A stretch of DNA of 64,000 nt. Origin: Hormiphora californensis (taxonomy: Eukaryota > Animalia > Ctenophora). Below the pieces are notes generated by a model that was not told the origin of the DNA, searched no databases, and saw only the letters and a program-made list of their open reading frames with translations. The stretch is from positions 8,556,001-8,620,000 of the forward strand of contig CM035352.1 in NCBI GenBank assembly GCA_020137815.1. Direction: 5' to 3'. Numbering within the stretch: position 1 is the stretch's first letter; every line of letters starts with the position of its first letter. Of this stretch, positions 1 through 11,772 are shown piece after piece. A program made the translations under genes and the position numbers.

Positions 1-250
1 TTTGGCCCACTGATCAATTCTGCCTAAGTCCTCCAGGAGTAGTTTCCTGTCGCCCTCAGTCTGGATTGTTTTGTGAACCTTAGCGTCGTCTGCAAACAAA
101 CGAATAGAGGAATGTTTTAAAACACTGGCAAGGTCGTCCACATATAGAAGAAAAAGAAGTGGAGCTAGGACAGTGCCTTGGGGCACACCAGATTTAACCT
201 CTGCTGACGTAGACATCGCTCCCTGGACCACCACAGATTGAGATCTGCCG
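1..250 (-). mobile_element. 5'-truncated CR1/L2-type LINE reverse-transcriptase fragment in a FERM-gene intron; continues off the window
   Basis: Minus-strand translation reads GRSQSVVVQGAMSTSAEVKSGVPQGTVLAPLLFLLYVDD...IRLFADDAK...LLEDLGRIDQWAK (RT motifs SGVPQG and FADD). The end abuts a 12-bp duplication and an (AG)n tract. Confidence 0.9.
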
Positions 251-547
251 ACAGATCTGCCGACAGAGAGAGAGAGAGAGAGAGAAAGATAGAAAGATAA
301 AGATAGACAGGGAAATAGAGAAAGTGTACGTGAGAGAGTGTCTCATGAGCAAGACACAGAGACCGGAACGAACTTCCGTTCTATTTCACACAACAATAAA
401 AGTACAAAAGGCACGCAATTCCACCATTATTTAGGGAGCAAACAGTAATAACACTTTAGTTACTCTCTCCAATCTTCTAAATACTCCTATATCCCCGAAA
501 GAACCAGGGCAACTTTGTCACCAGCCCCTTCACTCTTCAGAACTTAC

Positions 548-3500
548 CATTGCCTCAAATTTGTGTATTCCATACAGTTCCAACTTTCTAGCGATGTTCA
601 GGAACTGCTGATCCGCACTAGCCGGGCTGAGGCCTCTGAGAAAGGTGATGATAAGGCTTAGAATAAATGGAAGGGAGAAAAGCGGGATAGGAAAATAGTA
701 CTGAGGGGTACGGATTAAGAAATGCCAGAGAATTATATTAAACCTGGTGAAAGACAGTGTTTTCGAAATGAGTGAATTTCAAGAAAGGATGACATACATC
801 GGTAGATATAATGTTGTGAGAAAACCGATTTGGGAGAAAATCGATAAATTAATTGGGTGAAATTGATTTGTTCAAGTGGCGGATAGGCGCGGAACCAGGA
901 AAAGAATTTTCCCACACACACTGATCAAATGACTGCCTGTACATACGATTAGTAATTGTATGGTAATTCACCCGGCCTTCTCACCATACTAACATGTGTA
1001 ATTCTCTCTGTACATACATTTCTCATTCTATCGTTCTCTCTTTCTATCTTTCTTTCTCCCCCTCTCTCTACTTCTACCTACTTTTTCTCACCAAGCAAGT
1101 TAACAATGTATAACACAGCTCAGTCACATGAACTACCCCGAACGCCCCACAAATACACACACTTGCTACCCCACCCCATGGCCATACCAGTGCATTATAA
1201 TAAACACATGCACACACACACATAAACACATTGCATGCTGTAACCGCACTTAATAACCAGTTTACCTCACCCGAATTTCAGAGAGGGGGGAGGATACCAC
1301 TTCCTACTCTCATTCTCCACGTGTGTGTAGTTCAACAAATCTAGCGAGCCCCCCGGCCCCTAGTCTCTCTCTCCTTCCCCCCAAGCCTCTCTCTCTCCCT
1401 CCCTCCCCCTAAATTTGTATAACATCACTATGGCCCTATTTCTACCCCTCTATTCGAATCCTCCAAAATATGTTTCCATGCTCTCTTTCTGTGCCCACCC
1501 CCTGTAATCTTACCGTAAAGATTTGTGGGTGTCACGTATAGACTGTTCCAGGGATGGTGTCTGAAGATAGTTAGAAGTTAGGAAAGCACTGGAAATAAAG
1601 GTAGACATTTCCCTATTTCTCTCCCTTTTTGAAAAGTAAAAAACTCACTAAACATGAACCCCACTCACCAAGACACTAAACCAGAGGCCAGATTGGATGT
1701 AATTGCTAAGTTCATCCTCTGCATAGTCCCCCAGTTCAGCCTGAAGGGCATATGAAGCCAGGAGACACTCTGTAGAGACGGAACATGTGAGTCGCTCCTC
1801 CTGGAGGTCCTTCTTCAACTGACACACAAACAGGTACCTGGGGAGGGTGGAGGGTAACAGGTACCTGGGGAGGGTGGAGGGTAACAGGTACCTGGGGAGG
1901 GTGGAGGGTAACAGGTACCTGGGGAGGGTGGAGGGTAACAGGTACCTGGGGAGGGTGGAGGGTAACAGGTACCTGGGGAGGGTGGAGGGTAACAGGTACC
2001 TGGGGAGGGTAACAGTTACCTGGGGAGGGTGGAGGGTAACAGGTACCTGGGGAGGGTGGAGGGTAACAGGTACCTGTGGAGGGTAACAGGTACCTGGGGA
2101 GGGTGGAGGGTAACAGGTACCTGGGGAGGGTGGAGGGTAACAGGTACCTGGGGGGGTGGAGGGTAACAGGTACCTGGGGAGGGTGGAGGGTAACAGGTAG
2201 CTGTGGAGGGTGGAGGGTAACAGGTACCTGGGGAGGGTGGAGGGTAACAGGTACCTGGGGAGGGTGGAGGGTAACTGCAGGTACCTGTGGTGTGGAATGG
2301 GTGGATAATAGATGCGAGAAAAGAGGAGCTAGCTAGCTACTTGTATCAATAATTGATAAGATAGAAAGACAAAGGGCGTATAATGAGGGAAACAGAGAGG
2401 GATACGGAGAGGGAGACAGAGAGGGAGAAAGAGGTCATACAGGGCTGGGACAGCCTCGACTAAGAAAAGAGGGACAAAGAAAGGGGGCTGAAACACTAAC
2501 CGTGTAGCCTCCTTCTGGACAAGGTTAGGATCAGGCGGATAGAACTTTACCCGGAAATGGAACACTGTCGATGATACTGAAACAATGTTACAAACGTTAA
2601 TTTGGGTTTGCTTGTCGTGTATGTGTCTCATGTCTGTCTGTGGATGTCTGCAGTCTGTCTGTACTCTATACCTCTCTCTATGGTTGTAAGTAAGGGTTCT
2701 GCTACTGTTAGAATTGATGGTCGGTCTGTCTGTTTTTTACTTTGATGTCCAATCAGGCTGTCTGTCTGTCTGTCATATCACGTACCGATCTGTTTGTTGA
2801 TTGGTTTCCTGTTCTGCAACCAACACAACTGATCCTTCTGCTTGGGGTGGGAGAAGGAGATACCAAAGTACTCTGACTCTGTGAGTTCCAGGAAACTAGT
2901 AACCTGGTTCACCAGATCCTGACCCTTGGAACCTTTCTGGAGAGAAAACAAGAGGATGTCACACTCAGGAAAAACTAAGAAGTTGCAATCCTTTGTAGAC
3001 ATGAATTTGTGAGTAGGTATCTGCTGAGCTGGGTAGAGGTGAGACCCCGGTTATCAGTTATGATCAGGTTTATGACGCAGGATTGGGGTCGTAGTAAGCT
3101 AGATGTCTGTGTGTTTGTACACACATGTGTGTGTGTGTTTGTCTGAGTGTGTGTGTTTGTCTGTGTGTTTGTACACACATGTGTGTGCTATTGATGTGAG
3201 ATGGTCACAAGCAACATTAGGATGGAATGCTACTTGTTGCATATATAATGTGGGGGGGGGGAGAGATATATATAATGTGACGCTGTAGCAGAAGGGGCAT
3301 ATATTATTACTACGATACACAGATACAAGGGGCCGTTTCAGATCTGGTTGTTTGCCTGTCAAAGTTTGCCTGCCAGAAACAAATAACTCTCCTGACACGC
3401 TCGAGAAAGGACAAAGGAGAAAAAGTGTGGCTGCCACCCCCCACCCCCCTGCCCAGCCCAAAGTGTCTTCACTCTTCAAACCTACCTCAACACCCCTGAT

Positions 3501-3611
3501 CAACAGCTGTGTCTTTAGACCTACCTCGACCCGACAGGTGATGGTAGTATCATCAAGAAGATGAACTTTGTACTCGATCTTGTTCTTTCCTCCTGCACCT
3601 CCAGAAGACAT
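548..3611 (-). CDS. FERM-domain (band 4.1 family) protein, first six coding exons: 3611-3525, 2936-2786, 2576-2501, 1837-1669, 1560-1514, 635-548; continues off the left end
   Basis: GT-AG exons join in phase to give ...KVHLLDDT...KGQDLVNQVTSFLELTESEYFGI...FHFRVKFYPPDP...RYLFVCQLKKDL...LASYALQAELGDY...GLSPASADQQFLNIARKLELYGIH, the typical FERM N/M-lobe motifs. Confidence 0.92.
1829..2288. repeat. 27-bp minisatellite (CAGGTACCTGGGGAGGGTGGAGGGTAA), about 17 copies, in FERM intron 3
   Basis: Directly visible tandem array whose first unit overlaps the exon-4 acceptor. Confidence 0.95.
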
Positions 3612-4528
3612 GTTATCAGTTGTGTTCAGTGAATCACTACATTCACCTAAAACTCAGAAGAGGGAAACTGTTAGTTTAAATTAGTTAAATTAATCTGAAA
3701 ATCAGGAGGGAAAATCAGGAGGGAAAGGTTTTCAGTCGAGGACTGACATGGGGACTGAGGAGCGGATGGTTGGTGTACTCTACCCTCCCTCAACTATCTG
3801 AATAGAATATAGTCTCCGATTGAATTCAAAGAGGAGCTAAATATAACTCGGCAAACATATTTTATATATTAGCTAAGAGTAATCCTTGCTAAATTATGTA
3901 AGCTAGACGCACAGCGGGAACCTAACACCCAATACACACGATGGAGAGGGGCTAGGAAGCAGATATTGGGTTATATAGGCTACTCGGAACTCTATCGCCC
4001 GCTGATAAAATGATATCGGACACCCCAACATGACACAGAATAATGACACGAGGAGTATGCATGCGTGTCAAAAACTGCAGCCATCCCCCTCCGCATGTCT
4101 TCCCCAACTAGGATACGAAACCTAGAAACCGGCGAAGGGGGGTAGAAATCTAAAGTCGTGCCCAAGGCACGTGCACTAATTACACTCAGCACTCAGCAGT
4201 AGTAAAGCAAGAGATAAACTAAGTACGGACACAGGGAGGGATAGAGGGAAGGATGGAGAGAGGGAGGGATAGCGAGATGGATGGAGGGAGGGATAGCTCT
4301 ATAATAGAGGGAGAGTTGCTCATACTATCGTGACACGTAGCTACATTACACCAATAAGGTGTTATGTTGTGTGGACATTTAATCAGGAACATCTCGGGTC
4401 TCCACTAATCGATAAGAAAATGTAGTCTTGATTAAAGTTTCAATAACAATATCACAATGTATAACAAATTCTGAACCCCAAAATAATACAAATTACATAC
4501 TAAATAAACACCGTAAGGAACACAGTGT

Positions 4529-5308
4529 CTAAGATTGCTTTATCTTGCCACTCTCCTTCATGACCCACAGGAGCTGTGCCGTATAGTGGATTTGGCCTAC
4601 ATCGCATATCTTGGAGAGAAAGTGTCCGGATATACAGTTAGGTGTCCACCACTCTCGCAGTGGTAGGTCTGCCACTTTGAGCACGACAAACCCGACACAA
4701 CACACCATTGCACGTGCAAAGACTGCCCTTGACTTCCCACCTGCTTCAAGGGCAGGACTGAATACAGCCTCGTAACCAACCCGTACAGCCACCAGGATAT
4801 GGAGCGCCAGGGAGACGTCAAAACCGTAATAAAACGGAACAGCAAGGAGGTAACTGAGAAATGAAATCAGAATAACAGGAGGTGATCCACATTTTTCAAC
4901 CATTCGTGTGATAGTTCCCTTGGCTGCACCCTCCGGATAACTACTGATGATCCACAGAGTTGCGTGGCAGAATGTCGTGGTAGTTATCCACTGGTCCAGA
5001 ACAGCTGTCCTCTGGCTCTGGGCCAACATTCGGGCTGTCTGGATCCCGCTGTAGAGCATGGAAAACGTAGCGAACCCCTCACCCCAGAAATCACCCCGAA
5101 ACTTGAAGAACCAATAAATCCCAACTACAAAGTATCCAATGTTCACTAGTGTGTTCATGGGCATGGGTACGTGTTCCGAGACTCCGGGAATGGAGTTGAT
5201 CTTCTCAGCGTACGACTCGTAACCCAGCTCGGTAGTGACTTCATCGAACATTCCAGTCGTTATGGCGGCAATGTGGAGAACGGTAAAGGTAAATGCATAC
5301 AGGAACAT
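4529..5308 (-). CDS. TMEM187: Transmembrane protein 187-like, single exon (likely start at MFLYAF)
   Basis: Multi-pass hydrophobic ORF with GYESYAE, MPMNTLVNIGY, AVLDQWIT and SGHFLSKICDVGQIH motifs, as recalled for TMEM187. Confidence 0.85.
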   Translation of the reverse strand: MFLYAFTFTVLHIAAITTGMFDEVTTELGYESYAEKINSIPGVSEHVPMPMNTLVNIGYFVVGIYWFFKFRGDFWGEGFATFSMLYSGIQTARMLAQSQRTAVLDQWITTTTFCHATLWIISSYPEGAAKGTITRMVEKCGSPPVILISFLSYLLAVPFYYGFDVSLALHILVAVRVGYEAVFSPALEAGGKSRAVFARAMVCCVGFVVLKVADLPLREWWTPNCISGHFLSKICDVGQIHYTAQLLWVMKESGKIKQS

Positions 5309-5524
5309 TGTCTCTAGAGAATAACATAGGATGAAGGTTTTGACAAGTGCTAAAGATGCTTTTAGGTGGCATGAAAGTGTTGTCATTATTATCACTAGAG
5401 TACCCGTTTGCTGGGAACCCGTGACACTGACCTGGTAAATGGTAATTTATCCTCATATAACCGGTGACATTTGTGTTTGATTTTTAAAAGATAATTTGTT
5501 TGTTCCTCATCCTGAGTCTCATAG

Positions 5525-5775
5525 TAGGAGCGGTTAGATCAGCACGTGCAGAAAGTCGCGCGACGCGCGCCACCCTAATAGTAATCTCAGGTTACTCTCA
5601 CGGCTTCATTTCGCATCCAATCCAAAAGTGACCTTCATAAAACCTGTAGATCTCCTCAAGGAGAAGCGAAAACTTGAGGGACATTTCTTGATTGGATGCG
5701 ACCTCGAGGAGCTATGACAATGCGCAAAAAGGGGTGGCACGCGACTTTAACCACGTGGTGATATAACCGCTCCTA
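5525..5775. mobile_element. MITE with ~24-bp terminal inverted repeats
   Basis: TAGGAGCGGTTAGATCAGCACGTG ... CACGTGGTGATATAACCGCTCCTA; non-coding interior. Confidence 0.7.
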
Positions 5776-7531
5776 CACATTGGGTTTTTGAAAAAACGGC
5801 CATTACAATTTTGGCGAGGCGGGTAAATCATTTACTGTAACGCGCGAATTTTCCCAAAAAAGCGCTGCTTTTTTACGCCGCGCGTGGAACCTAAAATTAC
5901 GCGCGCAGTGTAAAATTTTAAAATTCATTGAAAATTTCCTCTCGTTTTATGTCGCCAAAAAAAAGTCGACGAAAAATTCCAAATTCGTGAATTATAAGAA
6001 CTCCGGTCAGTTCTCATCTTGCCAATCCGTTTTCCGGGAACCCCTGGCCAAAGGACATTAAAATTCACATACCGACCAAGTTTCATATCGATTGGATAAG
6101 ATTTTGGGTGGCTACGGTGAAAAATATCGTATTTTTGGCATTTTTAACTTTCCCGACGCGATTTACGACCCTTAAACATTGAGTTACGGGAAATCGCTAT
6201 CAAGTAAAATGAAGTTCAAACGATTCTCTTTCCCCACTATTGCGTTAGTTTTTTGATTTAGAGCCGTTTTCAGGGCCTTAGAAAATAGAAGCGTTTGAAA
6301 AATGTAAGTCTTTTTGTCGCAATGACGTCACCCCGTGACGTCACTGTTGTAAAGATCGGATCAAAAATCTGAGCCCGTACTTACACCCGCCTTGGTCCAA
6401 AGTACCAGTGTACAAATTTTCAGGGGTCTAGCTCAAAAACTGTAGGAGGAGTAGGGAGAAAACAATTATCGGACTAACATTTTGGAAATTATTATATGGA
6501 TTATTAAATCTGTTTACAATAATTTGACACTGTCAAAGGTTACAGGTCAATGGGTTAAAGTGAAAGTATTGGCATACTGTAGGCCTCTCTGAGATGTATT
6601 GTTTATTCGTTATACATACTGCACATTATACAATATACATACTGTACATCCTGGGATATGCTGGGCTCACAGCGATAGAGCTCGTCTTACAAAAGTCAAA
6701 AGACTGCCCTTTCCTAGCCAAAATATAAATTTTTAGTCTGCTCTTTGACTGTCCATTTAACGGCTCAATACAAGTTCTGCTGTTGGAAGAAGTACGATTT
6801 ATCGCTCCTCTGTCATCCTCAACAGCCCTCACTCCAAAAGCGGCTAACAAAAAAGTTGCAAAATCAGTCAGCTCATCAAAAATTTAAAAAAGCGCTTGTA
6901 TCCGCCACGTTCCTTTATGCCTTGAAAATTAAAAAAATAGCTCGTTTCTTTTTGCGCTGAGACCAAAGCGAGAAAAATCAAAAAACAGTTTTGGAAATAA
7001 AAAAAACTTCAGCCGACCGCGATTTTTTAATGAAGCTCCCGACTTCGCACTGCGCGTGCGCGCAGCATTCGCATCGTAATCATTTGACACGGGCGCGTGC
7101 CGCGAATGTACTGCCCATGTATATTTAAATACAAATTTTACAATTACAGTGTACGGCCTGTTATACATGTACAATGTACTGTATAACAAATTCCCTTGTT
7201 TGGTTTATTTAATCACAAACTGAAACACTATAATTTATAATTATTGCAATTGATACTTCATACTATGTATTACTAAAACTAAAAAGTATATGGACCCCAA
7301 GTATATCAAATTCAAACGTTCATTATGAACTTCATACATAATAATATGTAGAATCTTAGTTATCGATTAGCATCTTGCTCGTCGCGTCTAAAAGTTATCT
7401 TACTTCCAAAAGTGTACAACTACACTGTAAATAAAGCCAATGCTCTGACAGTCTACAAGTCCATAAAACTAAAAAGCAAAAGTAAAGCTCAAAGCTGTAA
7501 GCTAAAAGTAAATGGTACTTTTCTTTCCATG

Positions 7532-8836
7532 AAACAGAAAGCTATGTCCGATGATGCAGGAATAGTGGAGACAGTGTTGGCGAACTTGAGGACAGCGGCT
7601 GGTGCCAAGGGTGCGAAAGCTGTCGAAGTTTACGAGTTTGAGGATAGCCACGAGGAAAATGTTAGCCGGATGAAAGTTAAAACTAACGATGAACTGAAAC
7701 CGGTATGTAAGGTTCTGGGAGTACCGCTAGTGGGACGGGACGGGAAATCTCGAGACAAGCGAGAGCTGGCGGACAAGATAGTTCTCCAGATAGAAACGTT
7801 GTTTCCCATTGACTGTCAAGACTGCGGTGAAAAATACAGGATCGAACTTGGGAAAAAACCCATATTGAGGTGCTTTCTGTGTGGGCAAGGGGCACACGCA
7901 TGTAAGTTCTCAGTAGCGGGAAGCAGGCTTGGGTCTGTATGGTTATGCTTTTGCTGCTGGAAGAAAAATGAGGAAAATACTGACAGGGAGGAGCAGAACC
8001 AAGACCCGAATGAGACGGAGGATGAGAAGACAGTCGGCACCGAGAAGGATGGTGACGAGAAGGTCGACGCTGACGACAACAAGGCGGCAGAGAAAAAAGA
8101 AGATACGAGGAAGAAAGGTACAGAGGATGGGGACAAAACATTGGAAATTAACTCCGGAAATGTATGTAGTTACTTTCTGAACAAAAATTGCAGACACGGC
8201 AGAAAAGGAGATCAGTTGGTGAACGGAAAATCATGCCCAAAACTTCACCCGGTACTTTGCAAGAGATTCTGCAACTATGGAGGTTCCAAACGTTATGGCT
8301 GCATCAAGGGAGCGCAGTGCAAGTTTCATCATCCACCCCTGTGTAAGGGTTCCGATGCAAGAAGAGCGTGCTACGACAACCAGTGTAGAATGACACACCT
8401 ATTGCACACTAGTAGGACGAGAGAGGAACCCCAGAACCCCTGGAAACCAGAAGGGTCAAAGCGGACAACGGCATGGAAACCCTCTGCTCAGGTAGGAGAC
8501 ACAGCAGACACGGCGTTTAGAGCTAAGCGGCAGAGGAAAATGCCGGAGACAGAAAAAGTTGGAGGACCAGTAACTAAGGAGTTTCTCCTGGAGACACTGG
8601 AAAAGATAAATGCCGAACCTCGTAAAGAGAAACCAGAAGTGAAGAGGGAAGAGCCCCTAACAAAGGATTTTTTACTGAAAGCACTGGAGGTCATGAAGGC
8701 AGAAATACAGCAATCGGTGGTCCTACAGTTACTGGAGTTCAAGACTCAGGTGGTGGATCCGCTAGGGGGAGGAAATATGAAAACAACTTGGGGAACAGCA
8801 GGAATACACCCCATACTTCAAAGTTTCACCTCCTAA
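7532..8836 (+). CDS. LINE ORF1p with PHD-like finger and several CCCH zinc fingers
   Basis: CQDC...CFLC...HAC...WLCFCC and CSYFLNKNCRHG...CPKLHP, CKRFCNYG...CKFHHP; lies directly upstream of ORF2. Confidence 0.85.
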   Translation, partial: KQKAMSDDAGIVETVLANLRTAAGAKGAKAVEVYEFEDSHEENVSRMKVKTNDELKPVCKVLGVPLVGRDGKSRDKRELADKIVLQIETLFPIDCQDCGEKYRIELGKKPILRCFLCGQGAHACKFSVAGSRLGSVWLCFCCWKKNEENTDREEQNQDPNETEDEKTVGTEKDGDEKVDADDNKAAEKKEDTRKKGTEDGDKTLEINSGNVCSYFLNKNCRHGRKGDQLVNGKSCPKLHPVLCKRFCNYGGSKRYGCIKGAQCKFHHPPLCKGSDARRACYDNQCRMTHLLHTSRTREEPQNPWKPEGSKRTTAWKPSAQVGDTADTAFRAKRQRKMPETEKVGGPVTKEFLLETLEKINAEPRKEKPEVKREEPLTKDFLLKALEVMKAEIQQSVVLQLLEFKTQVVDPLGGGNMKTTWGTAGIHPILQSFTS

Positions 8837-11772
8837 ATGCCAGGAGTTTTTGTCCATCAGCGGAGACTACCTGGAAACTTGAGGTGGTACGAGACATGGT
8901 GGACGACGAGACCACTCCTGTGGCTTTCCTGGGCATAACGGAAACCTGGTGGAGAGGGTATATGGCGGAGGCCCAGCTGAAGATTTCCGGATATAACCTG
9001 GTGAGATGCGATAGGCAGGGCAGGATAGGAGGAGGATGTGCCCTGTATGTCCACTCTAGCCTCGCTATATCAGATCAAGTGGAGTATTCGGACACAAGTA
9101 ACAACCTGGCAGCCGTCTACATGGGCAACACCCACTCAATAGTGGCAGTTATATATCGAGCTGGTACAGATGCAACAGCTTTTCAGAGACTGGTGAAAAA
9201 ACTGCAGACGTTTATTGATACTCATAGCCGGGAAAAAACAGTTCCGGACCTGTGGTTGATGGGTGATTTTAATCTCCCACTCCTGAAATGGAGAGGAGGG
9301 TTGTATGAAACTATTGACCATCCCTTGTACAATATTATGGGTAACTTGGTAGACGATAATTCTCTCAGCCAAATGGTCAATTTTCCTACTAGAGGAGAGA
9401 ACGTCTTAGATCTGGTGCTAACCAACCGTCCCGATTATGTCCTTTCAACTAGGGGTGAGGACCTCGGGATTTCTGATCATGAGATGGTTACATGTACCCT
9501 GACCTACAATTGCACGGCGAAGCCCCCCAGGGACGATCGTGTTATGTCAGACTTTGCGGAACTTAATCTCTTAAAAGCTGACTTTGATAGGCTAAACTCT
9601 GCCTTTGACGAGGTGGACTGGGATCAGCTTCAACTACTGTGTACAGAAATGGAAGACCCCGATGGTAGCTTTTTAGAGGTAGTGAGACTTACGGTCCTCC
9701 AGGTCTGTAAGATCTTCACTGAGCTGAAACGCTGGAAAAGTAAACGGAAGGACAAAACACTCCGGCACCTTCGTAGCAGGAGAAGAAAGTTGAACAAGAG
9801 AATGGTAGACGCAAAAGGCACGACGAAGCTCAAAATTGAGGAGATGGCCGGGAAAATAACGCTCGCCGTCAAAGCTCATGTAAAAGAAAAGGAGCAGGGG
9901 GATGAAGTACGAGCTGCTTCCGCAATCAAAGTGAACCCTAAATTCTTCTACAGTCATGCTAAATCTCTATCCAAGGTCAAATCAGCGGTGGCTCCACTCC
10001 AGAGGCAGGATGGTTCGCTCACTACGAACTCGAAGGAGAAAGCAGAACTCCTACAGAGTCAGTATGTTAGGGTGTTTAGCAACCCACTGGACGTGGACCC
10101 TGAAAAGGCAGTGGAGAACATTGAGGAAAATGAAGCGGAAATAAGCGACATCAGTTTCACGAAGGCGGACATTGAACAGGCACTAAAGGAACTGAAACCG
10201 AATTCAGCGGCCCCTCCTGGTGACATACCGTCCATAGTCTTGAAGAACTGCCGTCGAACCTTGTCCTATCCCATCTGGATTATATGGCAGTCCTCGTTTG
10301 AATCTGGTAAAATACCACCCGTTATGAAGGAGCAGTTCATCTGCCCCATTTTCAAGAAAGGTGATCGTTCAGCACCAGGGAACTATAGACCAGTATCACT
10401 GACATCTCATCTTTCGAAAACCTTTGAGAGAATTATCAGGAATCATCTGACTGAGTTCCTTGAGAGGGCAGAACTACATTGTAACGGTCAACATGGGTTC
10501 AGAAAAGGGAGAAGTACAATGACTCATCTGCTTGCACACATTGACAGGGTTCTCAAACATCTAACGGATAACAACGAAGTTGATGTGCTATATCTGGACT
10601 TCCAGAAAGCGTTTGACCGTGTTGATACTGGGGTCCTACTGAGAAAACTACAAAAATATGGTGTACGAGGAAAGCTACTTGCCTGGATCAAGGAATTCCT
10701 AACAAATAGGAAGCAGGCAGTGCTAGTGGATGGGGAGCAGTCGCGGTGGGAGTGGGTCCTAAGTAGTGTGATCCAGGGAAGCGTGCTGGGCCCTATTTTG
10801 TTCATCTTTTACGTAATCGACTTGAAGGAGTCTTTGTCAAGTGCTGACGCTTTGTCGTTTGCAGACGACACGAAGCTCATACAGGTAATACGGACATTGC
10901 TAGACCAGGCAGAACTCCAGAAGGACTTGGGAAATGTGAGTCAGTGGTCTCTGACTAATAATATGAGACTTCATGAGGAAAAATTTCAACTGGTAAACTA
11001 CTCGCTAGGCAGATCTAAACTCCTGAGAGAGCTGCCTTTCGCTGCAGAAACCTTATCCTATGTTACTTCGGGAGGAACTGTGGTGGAGCCAGAGCAGCAT
11101 GTGAAAGACTTGGGCGTTTGGCTATCGGCGGATGGTACGTGGACTCATCACATTGGTGATATTGTGAGGAGAGCTAACATGATGGCAGGATGGATATTCT
11201 GTGCATTCAGGAGTAGATCCCGTGAGGTACTACTAACCCTATATAAGGCGTTGGTTCGACCGATTTTGGAATACTGCTGTTTGGTGTGGTGTCCAACGAG
11301 AATCGCTGACATCCAGGCAGTAGAGAACGTCCAACGGGCATTTACCCGGAAGATCCAAGGGATGAAGGAGCTGGACTATTGGCAGCGTCTAGAGGCGCTG
11401 GATCTCATGTCCCTCCAGAGAAGACGTCAACGATATGAGATGATACACGTTTGGAAAATCTATCACGGGCTAGTACCCAACTGTGTGCAAATGGAGTTCC
11501 AGATTGGCCGGTTAGGAGTCCAGGCAAAGACACAGAAATACCCTTACTGGGCAGATTCCAAATGGGCAGGTCAGTTGTACAACTCGTTCAGCTTCAGGGC
11601 ACCTCAACTATGGAACAGACTCCCTCGAGAGGTTACTCTTTCAGGCACCCTTCCTGGGTTAAAGGCTAACTTGGGTGCATTCATGAAGCAATTCCATGAC
11701 AGACCACCGGTGCGTGGCTACACGACGGTCCCAAATGATTTCAGAGATGCAGGAAGAAAGAACGTTGTGTGA
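8788..11772 (+). CDS. LINE ORF2p (AP endonuclease + reverse transcriptase); no in-frame ATG before the endonuclease domain
   Basis: Uninterrupted 994-codon frame with LNARS, GITETW, MGDFN, SDH, NYRPVSLTS, QHGFR, LDFQKAFD, QGSVLGP and FADD motifs. Confidence 0.95.
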   Translation: MGNSRNTPHTSKFHLLNARSFCPSAETTWKLEVVRDMVDDETTPVAFLGITETWWRGYMAEAQLKISGYNLVRCDRQGRIGGGCALYVHSSLAISDQVEYSDTSNNLAAVYMGNTHSIVAVIYRAGTDATAFQRLVKKLQTFIDTHSREKTVPDLWLMGDFNLPLLKWRGGLYETIDHPLYNIMGNLVDDNSLSQMVNFPTRGENVLDLVLTNRPDYVLSTRGEDLGISDHEMVTCTLTYNCTAKPPRDDRVMSDFAELNLLKADFDRLNSAFDEVDWDQLQLLCTEMEDPDGSFLEVVRLTVLQVCKIFTELKRWKSKRKDKTLRHLRSRRRKLNKRMVDAKGTTKLKIEEMAGKITLAVKAHVKEKEQGDEVRAASAIKVNPKFFYSHAKSLSKVKSAVAPLQRQDGSLTTNSKEKAELLQSQYVRVFSNPLDVDPEKAVENIEENEAEISDISFTKADIEQALKELKPNSAAPPGDIPSIVLKNCRRTLSYPIWIIWQSSFESGKIPPVMKEQFICPIFKKGDRSAPGNYRPVSLTSHLSKTFERIIRNHLTEFLERAELHCNGQHGFRKGRSTMTHLLAHIDRVLKHLTDNNEVDVLYLDFQKAFDRVDTGVLLRKLQKYGVRGKLLAWIKEFLTNRKQAVLVDGEQSRWEWVLSSVIQGSVLGPILFIFYVIDLKESLSSADALSFADDTKLIQVIRTLLDQAELQKDLGNVSQWSLTNNMRLHEEKFQLVNYSLGRSKLLRELPFAAETLSYVTSGGTVVEPEQHVKDLGVWLSADGTWTHHIGDIVRRANMMAGWIFCAFRSRSREVLLTLYKALVRPILEYCCLVWCPTRIADIQAVENVQRAFTRKIQGMKELDYWQRLEALDLMSLQRRRQRYEMIHVWKIYHGLVPNCVQMEFQIGRLGVQAKTQKYPYWADSKWAGQLYNSFSFRAPQLWNRLPREVTLSGTLPGLKANLGAFMKQFHDRPPVRGYTTVPNDFRDAGRKNVV

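Noticed and set aside
1847-2336. Repeat protein (EGNRYLGRV)n
   Set aside because: Translation of an intronic minisatellite on the non-coding strand.
5990-6505. Helitron/Helentron-like non-autonomous element (also about 18995-19510)
   Set aside because: The sequence style is suggestive but diagnostic termini could not be defined.
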